DNA from: a virus | Strand: one strand, 5' to 3' | DNA length: 64,000 nucleotides | IMG/VR virus record: IMGVR_UViG_3300028374_000796 | Part shown: in pieces, positions 19,101 through 27,695 of the stretch | Numbering within the stretch: the stretch's first letter is position 1 | How the letters are laid out: every line of letters starts with the position of its first letter | Notes under the pieces: model-generated | Seen by the model: only the letters and a program-made list of their open reading frames with translations | Told to the model about the DNA's origin: nothing | Databases searched by the model: none | Made by a program: the position numbers and the translations under genes

Positions 19101-19436
19101 CTCTTTGATATTACAGCGGCCCTGACTATATAGATATTCTAGATAGCCAACCTCAGTGAATTCCAGCATTCCTGCGCCATCCTTCTGGGCATACCTCCAG
19201 GATTTAGGGACTTTGACATAGGGATCCGTGTCATCAAGTTCCAAATTATAGAACATTTTGAGGATAAATCTCTGAACAGGGAACAGGGCTTGTCCACAAA
19301 TCTCTTTAGCGAAACGAAGTCCGAAAGGAGATTCGATGAATTCGATGATATTCATTACATCATCGGTCTTCTTCTTACCTCCAGATCCGTCCTCCTGTTC
19401 CCTACCTATTTTTCTAGCTAAATCAGATAATGACAC
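16104..19436 (-). CDS. terL: Terminase large subunit, intein-containing
   Basis: Walker A GRRSGK|S is split by the intein; Walker B IMDE; coupling motif LISSP; nuclease motifs LGFDLA and YDDFSDA. Confidence 0.93.
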   Translation of the reverse strand: MSLSDLARKIGREQEDGSGGKKKTDDVMNIIEFIESPFGLRFAKEICGQALFPVQRFILKMFYNLELDDTDPYVKVPKSWRYAQKDGAGMLEFTEVGYLEYLYSQGRCNIKEQDHDRRELILPIGRRSGKCGSLDGTFLLTSQGLQTLRELAPDQKMTSDTWYDLKGFEVAQEGKLKRAEADAFYYNGFEDTYKIESHCGYDIECTAEHRVKVLGSDGTIDWKYGDQIKEGDHLCIHRNTDLWPTEYLDLSEFNNEKGHKEFSTPEYLTEDFATLMGILVGDGSWTSKSSIGVTVGPYPEMISICEDLFKELMGESLWTQKLDLEGLESGTGTLRYHSTGFREFLHDLGWNYDAKSNDKEIPWSIRRSPKQVVSAFLKGLFETDGCADNGRISFCTASPKMAKQVQLLLLNFGIVSRVRTREIEGTDYYDLGVFGIRSARIFSEQIGFLTERKNSQVKTRLETCGMKSKSRLNSIPHQKEWSRSLLDSIPKNNPLCHGSSEKGWRRSHVRKELGNVCKPSSSDQMTYRRLVNTLESAKENGASNTLISKGEEFLEKDYFFDPVVSVKETRTEVGDISVPEGHQYVANGMTNHNSSISAMIAAYEMYKLLKKYNPQAYYGTPEGAPIQICSIATSKDQAALLYKEVRRHFNNCNFFSQFMGNETQTQALFHTPQDQDNEGAPSVRITFYSSVAKGIRGSANIVAIMDEVAFFNTSGQASASEVYQALNPSLAQFSPKDPDDASIPIGDSEGRMILISSPYAKQGLFYEQYEMALSGGPGSKGLLMIQAPTWEVNPTIPHNYFEKEYEKNPIAFTTEFGAEFTDKVKSWIERDDDLLACINPDLRPAKKGKTRDRHFLGFDLAPKGDRTALVLTRLKEDVIQLAYHEQWQAKTEWHLLNPHLEKPMVPYARDLGSVETLDYEQIANWIEEACKRFYVVEGAYDSFEGIGFDQILQRRNLSRIKMNNFTRSTTSEIYQGFKNLMYREKIELYDYVLTDDDGLERQGHSPHIQELLELESTSRGKRMIMVEAPQVRGKYDDFSDALTRAVWIAMDRLMNKKNHSHNPQVVGSRGIGGRQPRTTTEYHRRKRRSRNYTSKRNPRGSGGGRNNGGR
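17658..19046 (-). mobile_element. Intein (463 aa) with LAGLIDADG endonuclease in the TerL Walker A motif
   Basis: Starts CGSLDG, has block B TAEHRV, motifs GILVGDG and GLFETDG, and ends YVANGMTNHN followed by +1 Ser. Confidence 0.95.
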
Positions 19437-19451
19437 GGTGTGATTCCCCTT

Positions 19452-20438
19452 TTACTTAGAAATAAATTTAGCGCCGAATTCCGAATCAAACCTTTCAGGT
19501 TTAGTTTTCTCATGAACCTGTTTATAATAATCTAGTGGAATAGAAGGATTCATTTCCCAGGTAGGAATTTGAAGAGCTAAACTAGGCAAAGGAGATGTCT
19601 GAGGAGACATAATTTTTTCAAACCGATCATAGAAAAACCCTTCTTTCTTATAAGGAGAAGAAAATAAAAGTAGTTTTCCTTCGCAGGGTCCGATCTCTAC
19701 TAAGGGATTAGAAGGGCTTTTCGGTGTGAAACTTTGAAGAGAAGGGAGTACTTCTTGGAGTTTATGACGAGCATCATTCTCTTTAAAGAAAGCTATCTCA
19801 TCAAAAGCTGCTACAATAGTAGGCAATCCATGAAGACCCTTTTTCACTGAAGAACTTTGGGACTGAAATCGCAAAGTAGGATCTCTCTGTTCCAACCTAT
19901 CCTGATGGGTATAAAAAGTAGCGTGACTCTTACTAGACTCTTCCAAGAACTGTGCAATGGGAGAATTTTTAATAAAACCCATTACACCTTTATGAAAAAG
20001 TCTAGATTGGTCTAGATTCACAGAAGTCAAAATAACTTGTAATGAAGAACCCTCAGGCATTCCATAACAAGTCTGGGGATTGTTCTTAGATAACAATTTA
20101 TACAACTCATAAGAAATCATCATCTGAGAAAGAAGAGATTTACCTCCCCTACGTCCCGCTACCAGCACTAATTCAGAACAATATTTTTGATAGCTGGTGC
20201 TACACCTTCCCTCATTATAAAGGTAAGATAAGTACTCCTTTTCAGTAAAAGAATGAGTAGTAATACCTTCCCAGGTTTCGGAAATAGAGATACAGCGATC
20301 CGTATCATCTAACGGAATGCCATAAGTCATTTTAAGGATGAACTTTTGAACAGGAAATAGAGAGTGACCTTGCTTATGAAATCCTAAGCCGTTGGTACAT
20401 TCTATAAATTCAATGATATTTTTGAGGGTTTTAGACAT
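19452..20438 (-). CDS. Terminase large-subunit ATPase-domain-only paralogue (no intein, no nuclease domain)
   Basis: Colinear with the TerL N-half: NIIEFIE, LFPVQKFILKM, GRRGGKS, AFDEIAFF, FSSPY; it ends at EFGAKF. Confidence 0.85.
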   Translation of the reverse strand: MSKTLKNIIEFIECTNGLGFHKQGHSLFPVQKFILKMTYGIPLDDTDRCISISETWEGITTHSFTEKEYLSYLYNEGRCSTSYQKYCSELVLVAGRRGGKSLLSQMMISYELYKLLSKNNPQTCYGMPEGSSLQVILTSVNLDQSRLFHKGVMGFIKNSPIAQFLEESSKSHATFYTHQDRLEQRDPTLRFQSQSSSVKKGLHGLPTIVAAFDEIAFFKENDARHKLQEVLPSLQSFTPKSPSNPLVEIGPCEGKLLLFSSPYKKEGFFYDRFEKIMSPQTSPLPSLALQIPTWEMNPSIPLDYYKQVHEKTKPERFDSEFGAKFISK

Positions 20439-20442
20439 TATA

Positions 20443-20472
20443 ATCTCCAGTAACTTAGGAAGGACTGGAGAT
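20443..20472 (-). promoter_or_regulatory. RBS-sequestering hairpin of the TerL paralogue
   Basis: Perfect 9-bp stem ATCTCCAGT/ACTGGAGAT contains the GGAG that lies 6 nt before the ATG. Confidence 0.5.
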
Positions 20473-20548
20473 CATCGTTTTTATCGTAGTCGTTGTTAGG
20501 TCATTTCGTAAGAAGACCCAACCCTTCAGGTATGAGGGTGTTGATTAA

Positions 20549-20556
20549 ATAAATAG
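20549..20556 (-). promoter_or_regulatory. Candidate late-promoter motif CTATTTAT
   Basis: Intergenic, about 110 nt upstream of the TerL-paralogue ATG. Confidence 0.35.
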
Positions 20557-20557
20557 G

Positions 20558-21118
20558 TTAGTCAGCTTTGATATAGGCCATTGCTTCCTTGTCCCATCTA
20601 CTATCATCATCAAGCTTTTTTCCAATCTCGTCGAACAAAATCGAAATCTGTTCAGAAGGTAAATCCATCTCTTCGGCGGACTTGCGAATTACTCTAGTAA
20701 GTAACCATGTCATAAATTTTTCAAATCGCTTGGACTTGAAATCAAAAGACTGGTCGAGGACCGCATCCCGTTTACGAAAATAAATATCAGCAACACTTTT
20801 TAAAGCAGTTACTTTCTTTGACGAGAGAACCGAAGTATCTTCCCCCTTTCGTTCGCTCTCCCCTCTTTCAAAGTGAAGAGAAGCAGCTTCCTTGGCCAGT
20901 TCGATCATAAGCATATCTAAAACATCTAACGAATCAGGATTCTCTCCCAGCATAGACGTAAGATTATCTTTTTGAAGATGCTTAGACTTCTGTTTTAGGA
21001 CCTCCCTAATCTCAGGACTTTTGGGAAGGAGCTTAATTTTCCTAGGTCTGCCCCTTCCCCGTTTGGTTTTCTTCTTTAAAGTTACAGAAGTAACCGGCTT
21101 TGGATATTTAGAACTCAT
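20558..21118 (-). CDS. Candidate terminase small subunit (AT-hook-like N-terminus)
   Basis: RGRGRPRK motif, helical body, directly upstream of the terL genes. Confidence 0.4.
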   Translation of the reverse strand: MSSKYPKPVTSVTLKKKTKRGRGRPRKIKLLPKSPEIREVLKQKSKHLQKDNLTSMLGENPDSLDVLDMLMIELAKEAASLHFERGESERKGEDTSVLSSKKVTALKSVADIYFRKRDAVLDQSFDFKSKRFEKFMTWLLTRVIRKSAEEMDLPSEQISILFDEIGKKLDDDSRWDKEAMAYIKAD

Positions 21119-21151
21119 AATTTTTACCTCTAGTATCTAAACAGACTTGAA

Positions 21152-21688
21152 TTACTGTCTATTCAAATAAGATGCAATACGCTGAACAGTTTTTCTAGCA
21201 GGGTCCGTCATAAACATACGGATCTTATCTGAGAAGTTTTTAGATCCTCGGGCACCTTTGATGTCAATATTGATATACTCGGGAGCCAGAGAAAAAGAAA
21301 CATCTGCGAAAAAGGTAATCTTCTCTCCATCCTCATCATGCTTAGTAAAACGAAAGCCCAGATCCTCTTCACCCCTAAGCTCAAAAGACATTCCGTCAAG
21401 TCCTTCAACAGAATCCTTTAGCTCACTAGAGATATGACCAATATAGGAAGAAAGAAGTTCTCCCAATGAAGTTCGCTTTTTGATGCGAACCATTGATCCT
21501 TCCCTAGACATAGAAGAGGTATCAGTTTTGGAAGGAGAAACCGAATAGGGGTCTCCTTTCCGAATAAAAGCAGATGTCTTTCCCCTACTAGTATCACTGG
21601 AAATACGAGTCAGTACGGGAACAATATGCTGCCGTAACTCAGGTTTTTGATTTCCTAGACGAATAAGGCTTTTCTTTAGATTTGACAT
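21152..21688 (-). CDS. Hypothetical protein with the shared leader motif
   Basis: MSNLKKSLIRLGNQKPELRQHIVPVL. Confidence 0.75.
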   Translation of the reverse strand: MSNLKKSLIRLGNQKPELRQHIVPVLTRISSDTSRGKTSAFIRKGDPYSVSPSKTDTSSMSREGSMVRIKKRTSLGELLSSYIGHISSELKDSVEGLDGMSFELRGEEDLGFRFTKHDEDGEKITFFADVSFSLAPEYINIDIKGARGSKNFSDKIRMFMTDPARKTVQRIASYLNRQ

Positions 21689-21690
21689 AA

Positions 21691-24600
21691 TTACTCCGTT
21701 GTGAAACCACCAAATGAAATTCCTTCCATCGGGGCTTGTGTAGATTCTTTGTTAAATTCAATATTGCCCATCTCAGAATTGACATGGGATGCGGTCATTT
21801 CTAACTCTTCCATTTGCTCCAGACCTGTTGTAGCATTAAGAGTTCGCTCATCCATCAAATCGCTCATATGGTTTTGGGTTCTCTCGATAATTTTATCAAG
21901 GTACACCGATCCCATTTTAAAGACTTGACTTCCGAATTTAGACTTGAGATTTTCTTTAACATCCTCAGAGGAATTACCTTTCATAAGGAGTTGTCTAGCT
22001 TCATAGAGCATAGAACCAACTTTCTTTTCAGATTTGGCACTCTCTAATGAATTTCCATAAAACCCTGTGGTACTGATATCAGCTTCTAGGGTATCTGTAC
22101 TGGAAGATTGCGTATGCGCCATTCTAACCTTATCTCGAAGGTTCATGTTCTGGGATACTAGAGATTTAGCGTCTCTTCTATTGATTGATCCGGACCTGAC
22201 TCGATATCCAAGCGCTTTTTGAACTTGACGTTCATTGTACTTGGGTTCAGGTAACAAATCTTTACCGTAGAGGAGACAGGATCCACTCTTATTATAAACA
22301 CATCCTCCACATTTAGAGCCTTTTACGATCTGAGACAGTGTCTCATTCATGGCTCTCTTTCCTACTGCGCAGTCCGCAAAAGAATCAGCGGTACTATAAG
22401 ACCTTCCAAACAGACCTTCTTCTTCTCGCATAGCAAGGATAAGAGGAGCATTTTTGACGATATCTTCTTCTGAGAAAGTTTTTCGTATCTCAGAAGACAG
22501 TTTGGATCCATAAGATCCTGAGAGCATTCTATCCCGAAGCCAACGGCCAATTTTTGTTTCAAAAAATTCAGGAAGTAAAACTGACTCAGTGCCTACAGGT
22601 TGAAATTCGGGATCCGTAACCGCAGCCAGAACCACTTCTTCTAATTTTTGACCTTGTGCATAATTACGCACATTAGAAGACGTTTTATTTTGGGAAAGCC
22701 AAACTGTCTTGACCAGATCCATTCCGAAACGGGCATTAAGAGTTGCTATAATCTTTCTGCCACCATTCTTTTTAAGATAATAGCGGAGGTCTCTAGTAGC
22801 AGTTCCGGCTTCCTTAGAATTGATCTTCGTTTTAAAAGATTCAAGATCCTTGGGGCTTACTTCCATCTCACTCTCTTTTACTTGCGTTGTAGAGTAGATA
22901 GCATGTCTGTACTTCTTCACAGACAGAGGAAGAATCTTTCCAAAAGTCGCCTGTGCTATCTTATGAACGGTAGAAACACTATGATTGTGCATCTCAGGTA
23001 GTTTTAACTCTACCAATGCTGCAATTTTGTCTTCGTCATCCACAGGATGGAGACCTTTTGCAAGGGCCATTCGTCTAAGGATGGCAGAATGTGTGATCTC
23101 CTTAGAGAAAAAAGCTTTCATATCTTCCATCACAGGAAGAGATTGCAAATGAGCATTCCTTTGTGTAAAAGCAGCTTTCTCTTCTTCTTTAGTGAAAGGA
23201 AAAGAAGCGGTGTACAAACGCCCTAGCAGGTTCATATGAGGCTTTAAAGGGAACAGTACGGGGTCAGTATCAATCAAAGCTTTGATAGCCGGTCCGTGGT
23301 CCCCTGCAAGCATTCTACGAGCTACTTTATTGCGAGCATTAAGATCTGCAAAGGTTTCCCCTTCCCTAATATTTGCTGTCCTGGGATTGTTCTTGACCAC
23401 CTTAGTTCTAGTTACTTTCTTAGATCGTAACTTGGACTCCGCTTGGTCTGGGGTAAGGTTAAGAGTTGGGTCATCAGGATTCTGGTCATAAGAATGGTAT
23501 TCAGCAGTTTTAGAAAATACAGGTCGTGAATATATCATCTGTGTAAACGACTGAAACTCGCTGGTAGGCATTTCTTGAATCTTTGGATAAAGAGACGCGA
23601 TAACTTTCCGCCCTTTAGTAGAAGTTCCGAAGCCTTTGACCTTCGCATATCTTTTTAGAACCGCTGCCTTAGTAGAATCCTTTTCAAAAAATTCTTCCAA
23701 TTCAGAGGATGCCAGATAAGGTAGGCTTGACAATTTAGGATTTTTGAACTTCGCCAATTCATCTTTTGTAACGTAAGAAGATAATACATAGAGACGACCC
23801 ATCAAGTGAATGTGAGCCTCTAAGGTATCAAAACCTTCCGAAGCCAACCTTGAAGCCATTGCATCACTATGGTCTCCCTTGAGCATCTTATGAGCAAGTT
23901 TACGGGCTATCTCAGGACGATACCTTGAGTCTACCTTCTCTCTAGTAATCTCGGTCTCTGCGACGCTCTGACGAGCTTCTGAGGATGAAATACCACGAGT
24001 GGGGTCAAAAATGGACGGTGCTAAATGTTCGTAATGTCGAATTTTCTCGGGAAGAGGGGAAGCATAAACACTTTGCGCAAAAGAACGTAGCTTGTCCTCA
24101 TTAAAGGAAGCTACTCTTTTTCCCATCTTCGCAATGACTTCCCCTTTGGTAGCTTCATAATCAGGACCGTATTGCGATAACGCATATCGGTGTAGGATCC
24201 TATTAAGAGCTTTTGGGGAGTTAAGGGAAAATGATTGAAAAGAAGAAGATGCAACTTTCTCATCAGAAGGCTTACCATAAGTAAGCAATCCTTTATGTTC
24301 CTTTAAATAGGCATCCGCAGCTTCTCTAGTATCAAAGAAACTAAGGTCAGCATATAAACGACCCATCAAATTAACGTGAGGCTCTAAGGATGCAAGTCCC
24401 TTATCGGATGCAATTGCATCACGAACTTCGGGACCGTGGTTTCCTTCCAACATCGCCTTACCGATCTTCTTCAATTTTCCAGATCGATAAACGTTTGCAA
24501 CTACTTCCCTCTGAATTTCAGCACTTTCAAGGGACGTGAGAGCTTGCTTAGAAGATACAGTAGCAGCAAGGTTCCTGACTACAGGTCTGCCGTCGATAGC

Positions 24601-25350
24601 CTCTGTCCCTTGCTTTAAGGGAGCTAGAGAAGCATTTCTAATTTTCTCTTTGACTGGAAAATGTTCTGGTATTCCAGAAAGGTCTTTTCCTAGAGATTCA
24701 GCTTTATTTCGATAAAAAGCCCAGGTATCTTCGGTATATTGAATATCAAATACCAGTTCCTTTTGGAACCTAGAACATTTTTCTTCTTTTGCCCATACAC
24801 AACCGGAGCATTTGTCTTTCGCCACAACAAATTTAGCGCCCTTATTATGACGTCCTACAAAATCCTGTCCTTCCCCTTGGTCACAATTAGGGAAAAGAGA
24901 TGAATCTACATAGACCGTACCAATAAGTCCACGCTCGGAAAACGCTTTCTTGATTGTGTCGGTTGCTTTTGCTAAAACACTCTTATCAAAATGAGACTTG
25001 AGAAGAGTAGTAGCCTCTTTAGCCGTTGTACCTGCCATCAAGTGCTTTCGTAGAAACTGCTCTACTACTTCCAATTTAACATCATCGGTCAGATCATTAG
25101 AGATTTCTCTCTCAGACCAGAACGGTGTGTTAGGCTTGGACGGTTCTCTATTCTCAGGGGAAAGACGATACTTGTCTTCATCTGTTAAATATCCCCACTG
25201 TTCCTCAAGATCCGGGATAGCATCCAAGTTCTGTTTTGGTAGTTTTTCATACTCACGGTACTCTTCTTCATCGACGTTAACCCAATCCAAATCGGAAAGG
25301 GTTTTCGACTCGTCAGAAAGAAGCGTTGTGAGATCACCTAAATCAGCCAT
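21691..25350 (-). CDS. Large internally repeated virion/core protein (five related modules, the outer two Cys-rich)
   Basis: Three ML.G.H...H..L[ML]GRLY repeats lie between two GL.G..Y...C...KC.GC...C modules. Confidence 0.75.
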   Translation of the reverse strand: MADLGDLTTLLSDESKTLSDLDWVNVDEEEYREYEKLPKQNLDAIPDLEEQWGYLTDEDKYRLSPENREPSKPNTPFWSEREISNDLTDDVKLEVVEQFLRKHLMAGTTAKEATTLLKSHFDKSVLAKATDTIKKAFSERGLIGTVYVDSSLFPNCDQGEGQDFVGRHNKGAKFVVAKDKCSGCVWAKEEKCSRFQKELVFDIQYTEDTWAFYRNKAESLGKDLSGIPEHFPVKEKIRNASLAPLKQGTEAIDGRPVVRNLAATVSSKQALTSLESAEIQREVVANVYRSGKLKKIGKAMLEGNHGPEVRDAIASDKGLASLEPHVNLMGRLYADLSFFDTREAADAYLKEHKGLLTYGKPSDEKVASSSFQSFSLNSPKALNRILHRYALSQYGPDYEATKGEVIAKMGKRVASFNEDKLRSFAQSVYASPLPEKIRHYEHLAPSIFDPTRGISSSEARQSVAETEITREKVDSRYRPEIARKLAHKMLKGDHSDAMASRLASEGFDTLEAHIHLMGRLYVLSSYVTKDELAKFKNPKLSSLPYLASSELEEFFEKDSTKAAVLKRYAKVKGFGTSTKGRKVIASLYPKIQEMPTSEFQSFTQMIYSRPVFSKTAEYHSYDQNPDDPTLNLTPDQAESKLRSKKVTRTKVVKNNPRTANIREGETFADLNARNKVARRMLAGDHGPAIKALIDTDPVLFPLKPHMNLLGRLYTASFPFTKEEEKAAFTQRNAHLQSLPVMEDMKAFFSKEITHSAILRRMALAKGLHPVDDEDKIAALVELKLPEMHNHSVSTVHKIAQATFGKILPLSVKKYRHAIYSTTQVKESEMEVSPKDLESFKTKINSKEAGTATRDLRYYLKKNGGRKIIATLNARFGMDLVKTVWLSQNKTSSNVRNYAQGQKLEEVVLAAVTDPEFQPVGTESVLLPEFFETKIGRWLRDRMLSGSYGSKLSSEIRKTFSEEDIVKNAPLILAMREEEGLFGRSYSTADSFADCAVGKRAMNETLSQIVKGSKCGGCVYNKSGSCLLYGKDLLPEPKYNERQVQKALGYRVRSGSINRRDAKSLVSQNMNLRDKVRMAHTQSSSTDTLEADISTTGFYGNSLESAKSEKKVGSMLYEARQLLMKGNSSEDVKENLKSKFGSQVFKMGSVYLDKIIERTQNHMSDLMDERTLNATTGLEQMEELEMTASHVNSEMGNIEFNKESTQAPMEGISFGGFTTE

Positions 25351-25377
25351 ATTTTTTACCTGGGCTATCGCGAAGTG

Positions 25378-26205
25378 TTAATCTTGAAGATTCTCTTCCA
25401 TTTCATCAACTTCATCATCCCCAAAACCTTCGGGATCCGAAATGATGTCTTCCGCTTCTTCCATAATCTCATCTACTTCGTCTTGATCATCCTGCGACAT
25501 TGTTTCAATTGGTTCTTTCCAATGATCCGCACGAATTTCATCTGAAATCGTATCAATACTGTTAGTAATAATTTCGATAGCTTCTCCAAGACCTTTTCTC
25601 ATCTCTCTAATTTCTTGAATATACCCTTTACCTCCCAACTTTCCATCAGGAGAGATATTCACACTTTTGATCTTAGTGAATCTATCCTTTGCAGAAATCA
25701 AATGCCCCATTGCAACGGACAGCGACCACATTGTTTTGGAAAGAGGCTTGACATATTTCGATTTGAACTTAAAATCAGAAGGGATTTCTCTCTGTTCAGG
25801 TCCTTGATCCTTAATGAATCGAATCTCTCCCGCTGTTTTAGTTCGGGATACAGGTACTCCAGCTTTCTTAGCGAAGACTCTTTTCGCCACTTTTACATGT
25901 AAAGAGTCTCCACTGGAGATCGTAATTCGTTTCTTTGAAGACATTCGCATTTCTCCTACATAAGTACCAGTGACCTCTACCCATTCATCTACATAATCCG
26001 CTTCCCATTTCCACTCAGGAAACTCGGACTTTAAAAGTTTTCGTAATCTCTTAGCTTCTAGTAAGTCTTCCCTACCAGGAGTTTCGGAACCTACGTTGCC
26101 GTTATCTCTGGTAATAAAAGTTATTGAGTTATTAGATAGAGAGTCTATTTTAAACCAGGTACGATTTTCCCTGAGAAATTTTTCAAATCCTAGCATGGAA
26201 ACCAT
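25378..26205 (-). CDS. Hypothetical head-module protein
   Basis: 275-aa ORF in the operon with an acidic C-terminus. Confidence 0.7.
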   Translation of the reverse strand: MVSMLGFEKFLRENRTWFKIDSLSNNSITFITRDNGNVGSETPGREDLLEAKRLRKLLKSEFPEWKWEADYVDEWVEVTGTYVGEMRMSSKKRITISSGDSLHVKVAKRVFAKKAGVPVSRTKTAGEIRFIKDQGPEQREIPSDFKFKSKYVKPLSKTMWSLSVAMGHLISAKDRFTKIKSVNISPDGKLGGKGYIQEIREMRKGLGEAIEIITNSIDTISDEIRADHWKEPIETMSQDDQDEVDEIMEEAEDIISDPEGFGDDEVDEMEENLQD

Positions 26206-26209
26206 ATGA

Positions 26210-26533
26210 TCACACCTTCAAGGGATTACCGGTTTCATCGAAAAGACGTTCGATAAGGAATTCCCCATCATCGCCTTCTTTGAGAGACCATAGGTCCTGT
26301 TCTGACTTACGAACTAAGGTGTTGGTATTCGCAACACGGGTAAAGCCTGATAGTTGGTCCACAGAAGCTACCCTCATTTGATCAGGCATCTCATCTGCTA
26401 TAGTAGCATGGCGCATATCATGAAACCGTTCGTCGGCTTCAATGGTGTCGCTAAGGAAATAGTCCATTCCGGTCGACTTAGTGGCGACCTTCGAGACATC
26501 AAAATTAGTAAAATTATCGTACCAGTTGCTCAT
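26210..26533 (-). CDS. Hypothetical head-module protein
   Basis: 107-aa ORF with an RBS. Confidence 0.7.
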   Translation of the reverse strand: MSNWYDNFTNFDVSKVATKSTGMDYFLSDTIEADERFHDMRHATIADEMPDQMRVASVDQLSGFTRVANTNTLVRKSEQDLWSLKEGDDGEFLIERLFDETGNPLKV

Positions 26534-26553
26534 AGTGTAGCCCTCGGGCTGAA

Positions 26554-26832
26554 TTACATTTCAGTGGATTCAAGGCCCAATTTATCAGCCTTGGATACAA
26601 CATTATGAATTGCGTCCTGATCAGTGGACATAAAAGTAGCGTGGTCAAACCCTTCGGTTACTGACACGCTTGATCCGTATGAAGCCACCTTCACGTCCTT
26701 CACAAAAGATCGCATTACACGATCGTCTGAGAAGTATACGGTCAAAGTTCTTCCTACTTCAGCAACTGAGTCTATATACTTAGCAGCAACCCTTTTTGAC
26801 ATTATTACTCGATGATGGATGCTGTCTTTCAT
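26554..26832 (-). CDS. Hypothetical protein
   Basis: 92-aa ORF with an AGGAG RBS. Confidence 0.65.
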   Translation of the reverse strand: MKDSIHHRVIMSKRVAAKYIDSVAEVGRTLTVYFSDDRVMRSFVKDVKVASYGSSVSVTEGFDHATFMSTDQDAIHNVVSKADKLGLESTEM

Positions 26833-26909
26833 GACGTTGCTCCTTTCGGATGAGTTAAAGTGATTCCGTATGCTATACGATAAAAAAGGAATACCGAAAG
26901 TCTACTACA

Positions 26910-27695
26910 TCAAGTAAGGGTATTTTTAGCCCGTTTACTCCATTTAGGAAGCTTCACTTCTCTTAGGATATTAAAATTGTAACGGATTCGGACGAAAACG
27001 CGGTAGATAGCCGCAAATTGGAGAGTTTCTTCGTCTTGTAATTCGGAGGGGAGGTCTTCTACAATAGCAGTTATTGCATTTAATTCCTCTTCAAAGTCTT
27101 CAGGTTCCATACCATCCATACGATGAGAGATACAGTCGAGCTTTTCTAATACATTTTTCGCCTCAAATGATGTAGGATCTAAGGTATTAGCCCAAGCATA
27201 AAACCTATCAAGAAGGGTCTTACCTAAATGATGCAGGTTTTTAATAAAACGATGTCGTACCCTTCCTTGAGTAATCTCAAGCCTATTGGCGACTTCGGAC
27301 TGACAGGTGGTTTCATACATTTCCTTGAAAATAGAAGCATCTAATTCAGTAGGCATGATATCAATCAGGATATCATAAATATCATGTTTATCTAGGTCTG
27401 GCATATCTACTAGAAATCTAATCCTTGACAACGCTCTCTTAATTCGATAAGAAACTGCTGCTTGAGTAATGCCGAAGATTTCCGCAATGTCGGTCTGTTT
27501 CTTATTTCTAAAAAAATAAAGACGAATCAGATCCGTCTCTCGATCTGGAAGACGGTCTAAAACGTCTCGGATTTTATCCAAACGGGGATTCATCCATTCT
27601 TCATCTTGTCCATGAATGGGGTCTAGTATATCTTCCGTCGAAAAACGTTGGGCGAGTTCTGCGGGGTCAATCGGTTGAATGTAATAACGACTCAT
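26910..27695 (-). CDS. Sigma-70 region-4-like tandem HTH protein
   Basis: LDRLPDRETDLIRLYFFRNKKQTDIAEIFGITQAAVSYRIKRA and a second HTH, CQSEVANRLEITQGRVRHRF. Confidence 0.7.
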   Translation of the reverse strand: MSRYYIQPIDPAELAQRFSTEDILDPIHGQDEEWMNPRLDKIRDVLDRLPDRETDLIRLYFFRNKKQTDIAEIFGITQAAVSYRIKRALSRIRFLVDMPDLDKHDIYDILIDIMPTELDASIFKEMYETTCQSEVANRLEITQGRVRHRFIKNLHHLGKTLLDRFYAWANTLDPTSFEAKNVLEKLDCISHRMDGMEPEDFEEELNAITAIVEDLPSELQDEETLQFAAIYRVFVRIRYNFNILREVKLPKWSKRAKNTLT

